14,547 bases of DNA, taken from contig JAHQXB010000180.1 of the NCBI GenBank assembly GCA_029856435.1, positions 1 to 14,547 of the forward strand, written 5' to 3'. This DNA is from Candidatus Jordarchaeia archaeon. Its GTDB lineage: Archaea; Asgardarchaeota; Jordiarchaeia; Jordiarchaeales; Jordiarchaeaceae. Shown one piece after another: positions 5,932 through 14,170 of the stretch. The first letter of the stretch is position 1, and every line of letters starts with the position of its first letter. The position numbers were made by a program, and so were the translations under genes. The notes below the pieces were generated by a model. That model saw nothing but the letters and a program-made list of their open reading frames with translations. It searched no databases and was not told where the DNA came from.

Positions 5932-7995
5932 ATGGGTAATGAAAGTGAAGGAGCGAAAATTGGTGGGACCTCACCTATGACTCTCCGGTCTGTGGTTTTT
6001 GGTAGCTTAGTAGGCATACTTTACATTTTTCTGGCGGTTTATGTGAGCCTCAAGACTGGTGTGGTTTTCATTGGCGGAATGGCTATTATAGGATACATTC
6101 TGCTTTCGATAAGGGGCAGATATAAACCAAAGGAAAACATGGTGTTAAGCTCCATAGTGGATGCGACGGTGTGTGTATCTGCAGGGGTGGTAGCGGGTCT
6201 GCCCGCACTTGTGATATTTGCAGGTAGAACAGCCTTTTTCACGCCAATAACATTTGAACTCATTATTACTATATCGGTTTTTGCCGGAGTTCTGGGAGTG
6301 TTTCTCTTACTTCCCTTTAAAGAGGAATTTTTGAAAATGCCCTGGCCCCAAGTGGTGCCGGTCTACAAGACTATCGAGAGCTTGGGGGCGGATGTTTCCT
6401 CCAAGAATAGGCTTTTAAAATGGATGGGAGGCTCTACAGCCTACATTGGTGGAGTGTTAGGTGCTAGTTACGCCTTACGCAGTGACTTAACGGTTCTACC
6501 TCCCACTGAAACTTTACCCAACTGGTGGACCAGACTAGTAACTTTTGCGAAAACTTGGAATCTTCCCCTATACCCTAATCTCAGCTATTTACAGAGTTAT
6601 TACCAGTTCGTGGGGCAGGCAATGTCTCCTAGTCCTTTGCCCAGTTTTATGGGGATATCTAACTCTCCCCTAATTGCGAGCATAGGATACTTTGTGGGTT
6701 GGAAAAGGGCGGGTATGATTTTTTTGGGGGGCGTTTACTCTGTGCTGGTGTGGGTGATTTTTGAAAACCACTTCCCTGAATTGGGGCGCTTCATGGATTA
6801 TGGCAGCCACATAAATTTGCCCCAAATATTTTATCTGGCAATGGGTGTACTAATCGCATTCCTAGCTTTTGGGTTCCTTAAGGGTATTAAGAACTGGTGG
6901 GATAACCGCAGAAAAATTCAAGCTTTAAAAGCACATCTCAGAGCTCAAAGCGAAGGCCAGAAGAATCAACAATTACTGGACACCAAAAAATCCTCAAAGG
7001 CGCCTGAAATGGTTTCCGTGGAGGCTCCAAGACAACTAAAAATTTCGGGCTTCCTAGTAAAAGAATGGCTCCGCTTAGCGGTGACAAAGTACAAATCGGT
7101 TTTGATCGTCTTAGCAATTTTCTTTGTTGGTTGTTGTCTACTTTTTTATGTTTTTGAGCCATTCTACAACGTTAAAATCAACCCCCTATTCACACTTTTA
7201 AGCACACCCGCACTTCTTTTATCAAGTTGGTGGAGCGCGTTAACTCTGAGCGAAACTGGATTTCTAACTGGATTTTTAACAGACTTACTCGCCGTCCCTG
7301 CAATCTTGGGTTTCGACATAAATTTTCCCAGCCTAATAGTTTTCTTCACGTTGATGACTGTTATGCAATCATCAGCCTTGAGAGTCATAGGCTGGTTCAA
7401 AGTGGGACGAGAATTAAAAGTCAAAGATAGAACAGTCCTATTGTCAGTACTCTACGGTGTAATTTTCGGCGCAGTTGTGGGCAGCGCCATCGTCTATTTA
7501 CTCTATCAAACCTACGGATTCGGCAACTCCTACTTCCCAGCACCCACTGCGGCAATCACAGGAATATTCTTCCTATCTATACTACAATTTAAGCAATGGG
7601 TTCTCCCCTCTAGCACTATCATCCCAACTCAGGCTCTCACCACCCTCCAAATATATGAGCAACTTTACCAGTATGCTTTCCAACCCTACGCACTTCACTA
7701 CCGCGAAATATTCTTTGTAGCCGGCCTAATAGTGGGATTAGCCCTATCCAAATTTGATTTGTCACCGATCTCATTTCTCGTAGGGGTTCTCATACCCCCG
7801 GCTTACAGCTTCTCAATAATGTTTGGTGGGGGACTAAACTACTACGTTTACAGAAAAAACAAAGACAACCTTGAAAAATATCAGGAAAAGGACTCTGGAT
7901 ACCAGGTATCTCTAAGCGGCGTCAGCGCCGGAGAAGGCCTAACCTACCTAGTATGGATAATGATCACAACCCTAATTATGCTACTAGGAATCTAA
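5932..7995 (+). CDS. OPT (oligopeptide transporter) superfamily membrane protein
   Basis: Many hydrophobic segments. N-terminal MTLRSVVFGSLVGILY...YVSLKTG, AGVVAGLPAL, MPWPQ, ELKV, FPAPTA and SGVSAGEGL, all OPT/YSL-like. Confidence 0.85.
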   Translation: MGNESEGAKIGGTSPMTLRSVVFGSLVGILYIFLAVYVSLKTGVVFIGGMAIIGYILLSIRGRYKPKENMVLSSIVDATVCVSAGVVAGLPALVIFAGRTAFFTPITFELIITISVFAGVLGVFLLLPFKEEFLKMPWPQVVPVYKTIESLGADVSSKNRLLKWMGGSTAYIGGVLGASYALRSDLTVLPPTETLPNWWTRLVTFAKTWNLPLYPNLSYLQSYYQFVGQAMSPSPLPSFMGISNSPLIASIGYFVGWKRAGMIFLGGVYSVLVWVIFENHFPELGRFMDYGSHINLPQIFYLAMGVLIAFLAFGFLKGIKNWWDNRRKIQALKAHLRAQSEGQKNQQLLDTKKSSKAPEMVSVEAPRQLKISGFLVKEWLRLAVTKYKSVLIVLAIFFVGCCLLFYVFEPFYNVKINPLFTLLSTPALLLSSWWSALTLSETGFLTGFLTDLLAVPAILGFDINFPSLIVFFTLMTVMQSSALRVIGWFKVGRELKVKDRTVLLSVLYGVIFGAVVGSAIVYLLYQTYGFGNSYFPAPTAAITGIFFLSILQFKQWVLPSSTIIPTQALTTLQIYEQLYQYAFQPYALHYREIFFVAGLIVGLALSKFDLSPISFLVGVLIPPAYSFSIMFGGGLNYYVYRKNKDNLEKYQEKDSGYQVSLSGVSAGEGLTYLVWIMITTLIMLLGI

Positions 7996-8137
7996 CGCAA
8001 TGAAATTGGAAGAGGTAGGCAAGCTCAAAAAAACGGGTCTTTAATAAAACCTTCACTTATTTTGAGCCATACCTGAATATAGCGGGAACCTATAAATCTA
8101 CATCGCTCAATGCATTTCCGTCACGGATGAAAAGTTT

Positions 8138-8854
8138 TTAATCACCTTCTGCCTTCTCTACTTTAAGTTCGGGTAGTATTAGTGATATGTCTTTTAAAAC
8201 TAGGTCGGCTCCTGCTGACTTTAGCTCCTCAACAGTGTGCCCTGAGGATAGAACCCCTATAGCCTTCACACCAGCACTCCGCGCAGAAGAAATATCGTAT
8301 GGATGGTCACCGACCACAATGGCTTCCTCAGCAGTAACTCCCAGTAGTGAGAGGGTTTTAATTAAGTGTTCTGGGTCGGGTTTGGGTCTTGTGGTATCAT
8401 CCCTTGCTACAACCACATCGAAAATGGTGTTCATACCTAAGCGTTTTAGGAGTGATGAAACAACTGAGTTCTTGTTAAGGGTGAAAACGCCAATTTTGAA
8501 TCCTTTACTTTTGAGCATTTGAAGCACTTCTATTGCTCCGGGGATGAGTGAAGTTTTGCTGGCGGCCTCCACTTCATATTTTTCAACCGCTTCGTCAACT
8601 TCCTCCAACATTTTTTCAAGGATAAATTTCTGGCTGCCCTGCGACTGAATATACGAAACAGCCTTCCCAACCATTTTAAGTATCGGCTGGTCCAGTGAAA
8701 GTATGGATTCCGGAACCCCATATTTTACGAGAATTCCTATAACCTCTCTACGGGCGGAAATTACGTCAATCTTGAAGTAAACTATTGTGCCGTCCCAATC
8801 AAAAATGAACGCCTTCTTTCCATTTAGTAAACTGTTGAGACTACCGTTAATCAA
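8138..8854 (-). CDS. HAD-superfamily hydrolase (phosphoglycolate phosphatase-like)
   Basis: FDWDGT motif I, GVFTLN motif II, RPKPDP motif III and VVGDHPYDI motif IV. Confidence 0.92.
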   Translation of the reverse strand: MINGSLNSLLNGKKAFIFDWDGTIVYFKIDVISARREVIGILVKYGVPESILSLDQPILKMVGKAVSYIQSQGSQKFILEKMLEEVDEAVEKYEVEAASKTSLIPGAIEVLQMLKSKGFKIGVFTLNKNSVVSSLLKRLGMNTIFDVVVARDDTTRPKPDPEHLIKTLSLLGVTAEEAIVVGDHPYDISSARSAGVKAIGVLSSGHTVEELKSAGADLVLKDISLILPELKVEKAEGD

Positions 8855-9072
8855 TAATATGACACCTAGGAGAAGCTATTAGAATCCATATTCAGAGTGA
8901 ATCTAGGCATCTTTAAATTTTTGGATTAGCAAACCATTAAAGACACTGTAATCTAAAAGGGAATCAAACGAAAAAGTAAATTACAATTTGTCTCTTAGAA
9001 AAGAATCTTCCTTAGAAATCTTCTATTTTCAAGCCCATTTTGTACTCCAACATATAAGAGGCAAAAGAGGGC

Positions 9073-9165
9073 CTCATCAACATAAAAGAAGAAAATTTAC
9101 GCGTAGCGTCCCGCAATAACGCCTAGACCCAACATGTCTCATCAACATAAAAGAAGAAAATTTAC
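9073..9165. repeat. Two identical 28-nt direct repeats separated by a 37-nt unique sequence (CRISPR-like minimal unit)
   Basis: CTCATCAACATAAAAGAAGAAAATTTAC at 9073-9100 and 9138-9165. Spacer gcgtagcgtcccgcaataacgcctagacccaacatgt. Only two copies and no cas genes in the window, so not called as CRISPR. Confidence 0.9.
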
Positions 9166-9175
9166 CCTCTCCCAT

Positions 9176-9586
9176 TCATTCTTCTTTGAATTTGTTTAGA
9201 ATTTGATAAAGCCTATCGTATCCTACCGCCCCTAAAACCCGCTCCACAGGCTTACCATCCTTAAAAATGATGAATGTAGGAACCGCGGTGATGCCAAAGG
9301 ATCTAGCAATTTCGGGTTCTTCATCAACATCAATTTTGCCAAATACTACTTTGCCAGCAAAATCTCTGGCCAAACGCTCAAAAATGGGCGCCATCATGCG
9401 GCAGGGGCCACACCACTGGGCTGAGTAGTCAATTATTACTGGAACCTTCGAGTTTTTTATACTATCCGTGAATTTTGCTGAGTCCATGTGTATTACTCCC
9501 ACGGGGATTTGGGACTTGGACTGCTGTTCCATAAGCTCCTTGAGCTTCTTTTCACGGATCCTTTTCAGTTCAGGGTCATCTTCCAA
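9176..9586 (-). CDS. trxA: Thioredoxin with N-terminal charged helix (DDPELKRIREKKLKELM)
   Basis: WCGPC active site, KIDVDEEPEIARSFGITAVPTF. Start placed at TTG 9586 after GGAGG; the ORF track gives 9607. Confidence 0.93.
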   Translation of the reverse strand: MEDDPELKRIREKKLKELMEQQSKSQIPVGVIHMDSAKFTDSIKNSKVPVIIDYSAQWCGPCRMMAPIFERLARDFAGKVVFGKIDVDEEPEIARSFGITAVPTFIIFKDGKPVERVLGAVGYDRLYQILNKFKEE

Positions 9587-9802
9587 AGCTTTCCCTCCAA
9601 ATACCAATATCTAATAATACTCAACTATTCATAATAAACTTACTGATTTTAAACATTCTTATGGGCAAGGTTACTAGAACAAATTCCCTATAGGTAAAGC
9701 TCCTTTTAGCAAAGGTGGAGAATGTAGGGTTACATCGCTTTTCCAAGAGCTAGATGTATATTTATAGTTTTAAGGTCTAATTTTTGTTCCCTTCATTTTT
9801 GC

Positions 9803-10177
9803 TTATTGTTCTCCAGTTTTTTTCCATCCTTCTTCTAGGAAGTATACCATCTTTTCGTACCACTGGTCTAAAGCCGCTCTCACCATTTTTTTAACGTCTG
9901 AAGAGGGAGCTGCTTCGTACTCGTAATAGTAGCCTCCCCTAGGTATGCTCCTTGTTCTTCTGGTTGCCAAGCCTTTGCTCATTAAGTTCGTCAAGGATCT
10001 CTGTATGGTGCTTCTATTCCTCTGCAGTTTATCAGCAATTTCCTGTACCTGCATGGGTCGTTCCAAAAGAGTAAAGTAGGTTTTTACTTCCAATTCTCTA
10101 ATTCCTAAGGCACACTTAATTATGTCTGCGGCCTCCAGTTTGCCTGCCGCTATCTGCGCTCTCATCTCTTCCATCAA
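9803..10177 (-). CDS. Winged-HTH transcriptional regulator (small TrmB-like / COG3355-type)
   Basis: IIKCALGIRELEVKTYFTLL...VQEIADKLQRNRSTIQRSLTNLMSKGLATR...GGYYYEY, which fits this archaeal family. AGGTGA upstream. Confidence 0.85.
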   Translation of the reverse strand: MMEEMRAQIAAGKLEAADIIKCALGIRELEVKTYFTLLERPMQVQEIADKLQRNRSTIQRSLTNLMSKGLATRRTRSIPRGGYYYEYEAAPSSDVKKMVRAALDQWYEKMVYFLEEGWKKTGEQ

Positions 10178-10210
10178 TTTGTCACCTTTTAATAAGTGGA
10201 ATTTGGGCCT

Positions 10211-10241
10211 TTAATAAATGTTGTGCAATTAAATGGAACAA
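10211..10241 (-). promoter_or_regulatory. TATA box (TTTATTAA, 10218-10211 on the minus strand) with an adjacent 21-bp imperfect palindrome
   Basis: TTGTGCAATTAAATGGAACAA (10221-10241) matches its own reverse complement at 16/21 positions. The TATA lies about 35 nt upstream of the regulator start. Confidence 0.45.
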
Positions 10242-10651
10242 CTATGAACACTCGCACACTACCATAACAACCGCAACTGAAACCAGGATTAATAACAGCT
10301 ATGCGGCAAGAATTGTTGATGGTAACCTTGGATTCTACGTTGTCCCATTTACATAACTACCCCCTTTTTTCAACTCCATTTATCATGGCTGAAATCTTCC
10401 GAATTAAATGGAAAATTCTTGAAAATTAAGTTGATAGCCATTGTTTTCAAAGAGGACGCGGGCAGTTTCTTTCTTTTTTTGGGGCTCCAATAGGTATTAA
10501 GAAGAATTCTCAAAAATTGGCTTATTTTGAAAAAAAGTACCGCTAAGTACCAGCCTTTTTGTTAAAAAGAGAAAATCCGTAATTATGGATTAGGGTATAA
10601 AATTTGATGATATCTTGTAGAGAGGAGGTATCTTCCATTTTTTGGAGTGGT

Positions 10652-11869
10652 TTAATCTATTTTGATGTATCTTTTGAGTTCCTTATCAGGAAGGCCTAGA
10701 GCGTAGAGTATGCTTAGGAGATTCTTTTGTGCGATGACACCGTCAGCTACTTGTTTAAGGACTTTTTTTGCGTTGAACGCGATGCCCAGCCCCACATTTG
10801 TTAGCATGAACTGATCGTTGCTTCCGTCTCCAACGGCTACTATTTCCTCCTTTGATATCCCTTCTATTTCAGATATCCAGTTTATTATTTCCGCCTTCTT
10901 TTTACCGTCGATTATGGGCTCTTCCACTTCCCCGGTTAGGATCCCGTTCTTAATAATTAATTTGTTGCCGAAAGCGTAATCTAGACCCAGTTTTTCTTTC
11001 AATCTGTCGGTGAAATAGGTGAATCCACCGCTGATAAGCGCAATCTTGTAACCCATAGATTTTAAGGATCTTATTAACTCCTCTGCACCTGGTGTCAAAT
11101 GCATATTATTTGCTATTTCTTCAAGGTACTTTACTTCCAGGCCAGCTAAGAGCTTAACACGTTTACGCAAGGCTTCTACAAAATCTATTTCTCCGTTCAT
11201 AGCTTGCTGGGTTATCCCTCTAACCTGTTCCCCCACTCCCGCAATTTTTGCTATTTCATCAATGGTTTCTTCATCCACCAATGTGGAATCCATATCAAAT
11301 ACTATGAGCTTTTTAGATTTTTGATAAACGTTTTCTCTCTGGATAATTGAACTTACCCCCAGAGTTTCGCACAGATTTTGAAGCTCTATCCTAACTTTTT
11401 CTAGGGGAAGTTTCAGGTCGCTAAGGTCTACTAGCATCTCCATAGCGATCATTTCACCTCTAGCAATCATGCGAATTTTCTCGATGTTGACATTGTAGTT
11501 TCCTAGCAGAGTGGAAACTTTTGCCACGATGCCTGGTCTGTCTTTTCCCAGAATGGTGATGAGCGCCAATTCCTTTTCCGGTTTCCTTCTCCCTTCTACG
11601 TAGGGCTCCACGCTCACCTGCAAACCGATTTCTTCGCCCCTCCTCACCAAGCGTCTCTTTAGTTCTTCTCCGGGAATAGTTGATGAACTAATGTCCACAA
11701 TCATAAACATGGCGAATAAGCCTCTAAGCACAGTTTCCTCAACATCAACAATATTGGCGTCTACATCTGCAATAACGTTGGTTAATTCGGAAACTAAACC
11801 CGGTTTATCACGCCCTATTGCAGTAACTGTGACTAATTTTGTTGGACTGGACAATTTTTTATCCTCCAA
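10652..11869 (-). CDS. serB: Phosphoserine phosphatase with two N-terminal ACT domains
   Basis: ACT motifs GRDKPGLV and GKDRPGIV. HAD core VFDMDSTLVDEETIDEIA, AMNGEIDF, ISGGF and AVGDGSND. Confidence 0.93.
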   Translation of the reverse strand: MEDKKLSSPTKLVTVTAIGRDKPGLVSELTNVIADVDANIVDVEETVLRGLFAMFMIVDISSSTIPGEELKRRLVRRGEEIGLQVSVEPYVEGRRKPEKELALITILGKDRPGIVAKVSTLLGNYNVNIEKIRMIARGEMIAMEMLVDLSDLKLPLEKVRIELQNLCETLGVSSIIQRENVYQKSKKLIVFDMDSTLVDEETIDEIAKIAGVGEQVRGITQQAMNGEIDFVEALRKRVKLLAGLEVKYLEEIANNMHLTPGAEELIRSLKSMGYKIALISGGFTYFTDRLKEKLGLDYAFGNKLIIKNGILTGEVEEPIIDGKKKAEIINWISEIEGISKEEIVAVGDGSNDQFMLTNVGLGIAFNAKKVLKQVADGVIAQKNLLSILYALGLPDKELKRYIKID

Positions 11870-12316
11870 ATTTAATGTGATAGAATGAAAAATAATAAAC
11901 CCAGAGATGCCAGTGTTATTTAACAGCTGAAGAAGTAATGCATAAAAAGATTTCTAAGAAAATCTCAGACGCCCAGAAGGATTTATTCTCCTCGATGCTT
12001 GTGGCGGTAATTTCTCCAGTTGGAAAACCTAGATTTTTGGTGTACCCTTAGCTTTAATTGGTTCTGCCTTGTTGAATAAAAGTTACTGGCTTTGCGATAA
12101 CTCAATATTTTGTGGGTTGCATGCGACTCTTTGGAATAGTTTATCAGAATATATAAATGGATTTTTACATTATGATAATTTTTTTAAGCTGGATTTATCT
12201 TTTTGTTTATGTTTCTCTTCTTTTTATGAGTAGAATTTTATTTTTGAATAATTTTTATGGGGTAAGATATATATAGGTATAACCATATTGAATGGTAAAA
12301 TTGTGCAATTCCATTT

Positions 12317-13114
12317 TTGGAGGCGATAAAAATAGAGGTGAGCAACACTACGATGGAGGCCCTCAAAAACTTCGGCCTATCCGAGTATGAGTCTAGGGCC
12401 TACATTGCCCTAGTATCTCTAGGTGTTGCCACTGCGAAGAAGGTGTGTGAAGTAGCCAACATACCGCATCCTAGAGCCTACGATACCCTTGCGGCCTTGG
12501 AAGAGAAGGGACTGGTTGAGGTACAGGAGTGTAGACCAAAACTCTATAAAGCTGTACCGCCGCGAACTGCTTTTAGAAGACTGGAAAAAGCCCTCGCTAG
12601 AGATAAGGAGATCGCCATAGGAGAACTAAGCGACGTCTACGGAGTACAAAAATCAAAACAGGAATTGTGGACCATGCACGGAAAACAAAACGTCATCAAC
12701 AAAATAGAAGAGATGCTGATGGGCGCGGAAAAATACGCCCTGCTTTCTTTCCCCAAAGACCTTCTATTAGAGATAGAAAAGACACTAAAGTCCGTGGCTG
12801 AAAGGGGCGTGGAGCTCAAAATTTGGTCCTGCACCGAGGACAACTCAAAAATTGTTCTCCCCTTCGGTGGAAATATTGAACTGGTTACAGACAACCAAGT
12901 TTACGCAAATCTTCTTGTCGTTGATGGAAACGAGGCTCTACTTTCCTCCGGCTGCATTGAAGGTTACAGGGGACCATGGATTGGAATATGGACAAATGAG
13001 CCCAGCTTCGTCAAATTAATTAGCATGTTCTTTAAAAAACTCTGGAAGGAGAAAAAACTCGAAGAAGAAACAGAAATCCTAGTAAGCAGCCTTATGCGCC
13101 TCAAACACACCTAA
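12317..13114 (+). CDS. TrmB-family transcriptional regulator (wHTH plus effector-binding domain)
   Basis: LKNFGLSEYESRAYIAL...ANIPHPRAYDTLAALEEKGLVE...PKLYKAVPP. C-terminal LVVDGNEAL. Start uncertain (TTG 12317 or ATG 12353). Confidence 0.9.
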   Translation: MEAIKIEVSNTTMEALKNFGLSEYESRAYIALVSLGVATAKKVCEVANIPHPRAYDTLAALEEKGLVEVQECRPKLYKAVPPRTAFRRLEKALARDKEIAIGELSDVYGVQKSKQELWTMHGKQNVINKIEEMLMGAEKYALLSFPKDLLLEIEKTLKSVAERGVELKIWSCTEDNSKIVLPFGGNIELVTDNQVYANLLVVDGNEALLSSGCIEGYRGPWIGIWTNEPSFVKLISMFFKKLWKEKKLEEETEILVSSLMRLKHT

Positions 13115-13318
13115 CAAACACACAAAACAAAAACTTTTCCTCCTCTGAACCGGAAATTTTTAGATAACAAATCGGAATAAATTATATTTTTAGTATGCGT
13201 ACCTTACCCTATCTGAATTGTATCCGCAAAAATAAATTCCAGATTGTTAACGATTAAGTTTTTATTTTTCCCCTTCTCTATTTATTGTAACTTGTTCAAA
13301 AAAAGGAGTGAAATACTT

Positions 13319-14074
13319 TTGGTTGATGAGCAAATTTTGAGAGTCGCCAAATTAATAAAAGATTCCAAAAGAGTAGTTGTTTTAACTGGCGCGGGCATAT
13401 CCGTCGAATCTGGAATACCTGATTTTCGGGGCCCCAACGGTCTCTGGAAAAGGTTTGATCCCAACAAAGTGGGTACCATCACATCTTTTCTCTCCAATCC
13501 CGAAGACTGGTGGAAGATGGCCCAAGAAATAGCTCCAATTCTTTTCAACGCTAAACCCAACCCTGCACATTATGCTCTCGCCGAAATGGAAAAAATGGGC
13601 AAGGTAGAAGCAATAATAACACAAAACATTGATGGTCTACATCAAAAAGCAGGTAGCAAAAAAGTGATAGAAGTTCATGGCAATGTTCGAAGCGCATCCT
13701 GTATACAGTGCAAAAAGAAGTATGGAATAGAGTACGTGATTTCAGAAGTAGGAAAAGGAAACTTTATTCCAAGATGCACAGAATGCGATGGAGTGGTAAA
13801 AGTCGACGTGGTAATGTTTGGAGAAATGCTACCTGAGGAAGCAATATCCGAAGCCTACAGACTAGCACAAGAATGCGATCTACTCATAGTTGTAGGATCC
13901 TCCCTAGTTGTTTACCCAGTAGCAGCCCTACCAGGAATGGCGCTTAATAGGGGAGCAAAAACTATAATTATAAATGAGGAAAAAACGGGGTATACAAGAT
14001 ACGCTGACTACCACATCTATGGGAAAGCAGGAGAAGTCCTACCCAAAATAGTTGAAGCCCTCAAAGAAATTTGA
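13319..14074 (+). CDS. cobB: Sir2/CobB NAD-dependent protein deacylase
   Basis: TGAGISVESGIPDFRG, ITQNIDGLHQKAGS, EVHGN, Zn motifs CIQC and CTEC, VVMFGE, VGSSLVVYPVA. Start placed at TTG 13319 after GGAGTGA; the ORF track gives 13244. Confidence 0.95.
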   Translation: MVDEQILRVAKLIKDSKRVVVLTGAGISVESGIPDFRGPNGLWKRFDPNKVGTITSFLSNPEDWWKMAQEIAPILFNAKPNPAHYALAEMEKMGKVEAIITQNIDGLHQKAGSKKVIEVHGNVRSASCIQCKKKYGIEYVISEVGKGNFIPRCTECDGVVKVDVVMFGEMLPEEAISEAYRLAQECDLLIVVGSSLVVYPVAALPGMALNRGAKTIIINEEKTGYTRYADYHIYGKAGEVLPKIVEALKEI

Positions 14075-14170
14075 TACCAGCAACAATTAAAGATTCCAAA
14101 AACGGGAGTTGGCAAAATTTTAATTTTCATGTGAGCCAACAAAGATAGAAAACGCCATAATCAACAGTTC

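Noticed and set aside
10190-10385. Minus-strand frame MINGVEKRG*LCKWDNV...GFSCGCYG... with an internal TAG
   Set aside because: No RBS, no recognisable family, no BHB-like fold around the TAG, and it runs over the regulator's promoter.
10227-10413. 12-nt direct repeat AATTAAATGGAA (10227-10238 and 10402-10413), and an 11-nt inverted match 9011-9021/11949-11959
   Set aside because: AT-rich matches of this length are expected by chance in 14.5 kb.
10604-10690. C/D box sRNA suggested by TGATGA at about 10605
   Set aside because: No downstream CTGA box D or C'/D' pair at a suitable distance.
275-13624. Shadow ORFs overlapping real genes (e.g. 275-658, 978-1448, 2676-3017, 3505-3774, 6938-7162, 8187-8522, 11691-11888, 13282-13560)
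   Set aside because: Antisense or off-frame to well-supported genes, with no recognisable motifs.
12317-14074. TrmB plus Sir2 as a dedicated chromatin or defence system
   Set aside because: The Sir2 is a canonical single-domain CobB-type deacylase with Zn motifs, unlike defence-associated SIR2 NADases. It appears to have its own RBS and a roughly 200-nt spacer, so adjacency alone is not evidence.
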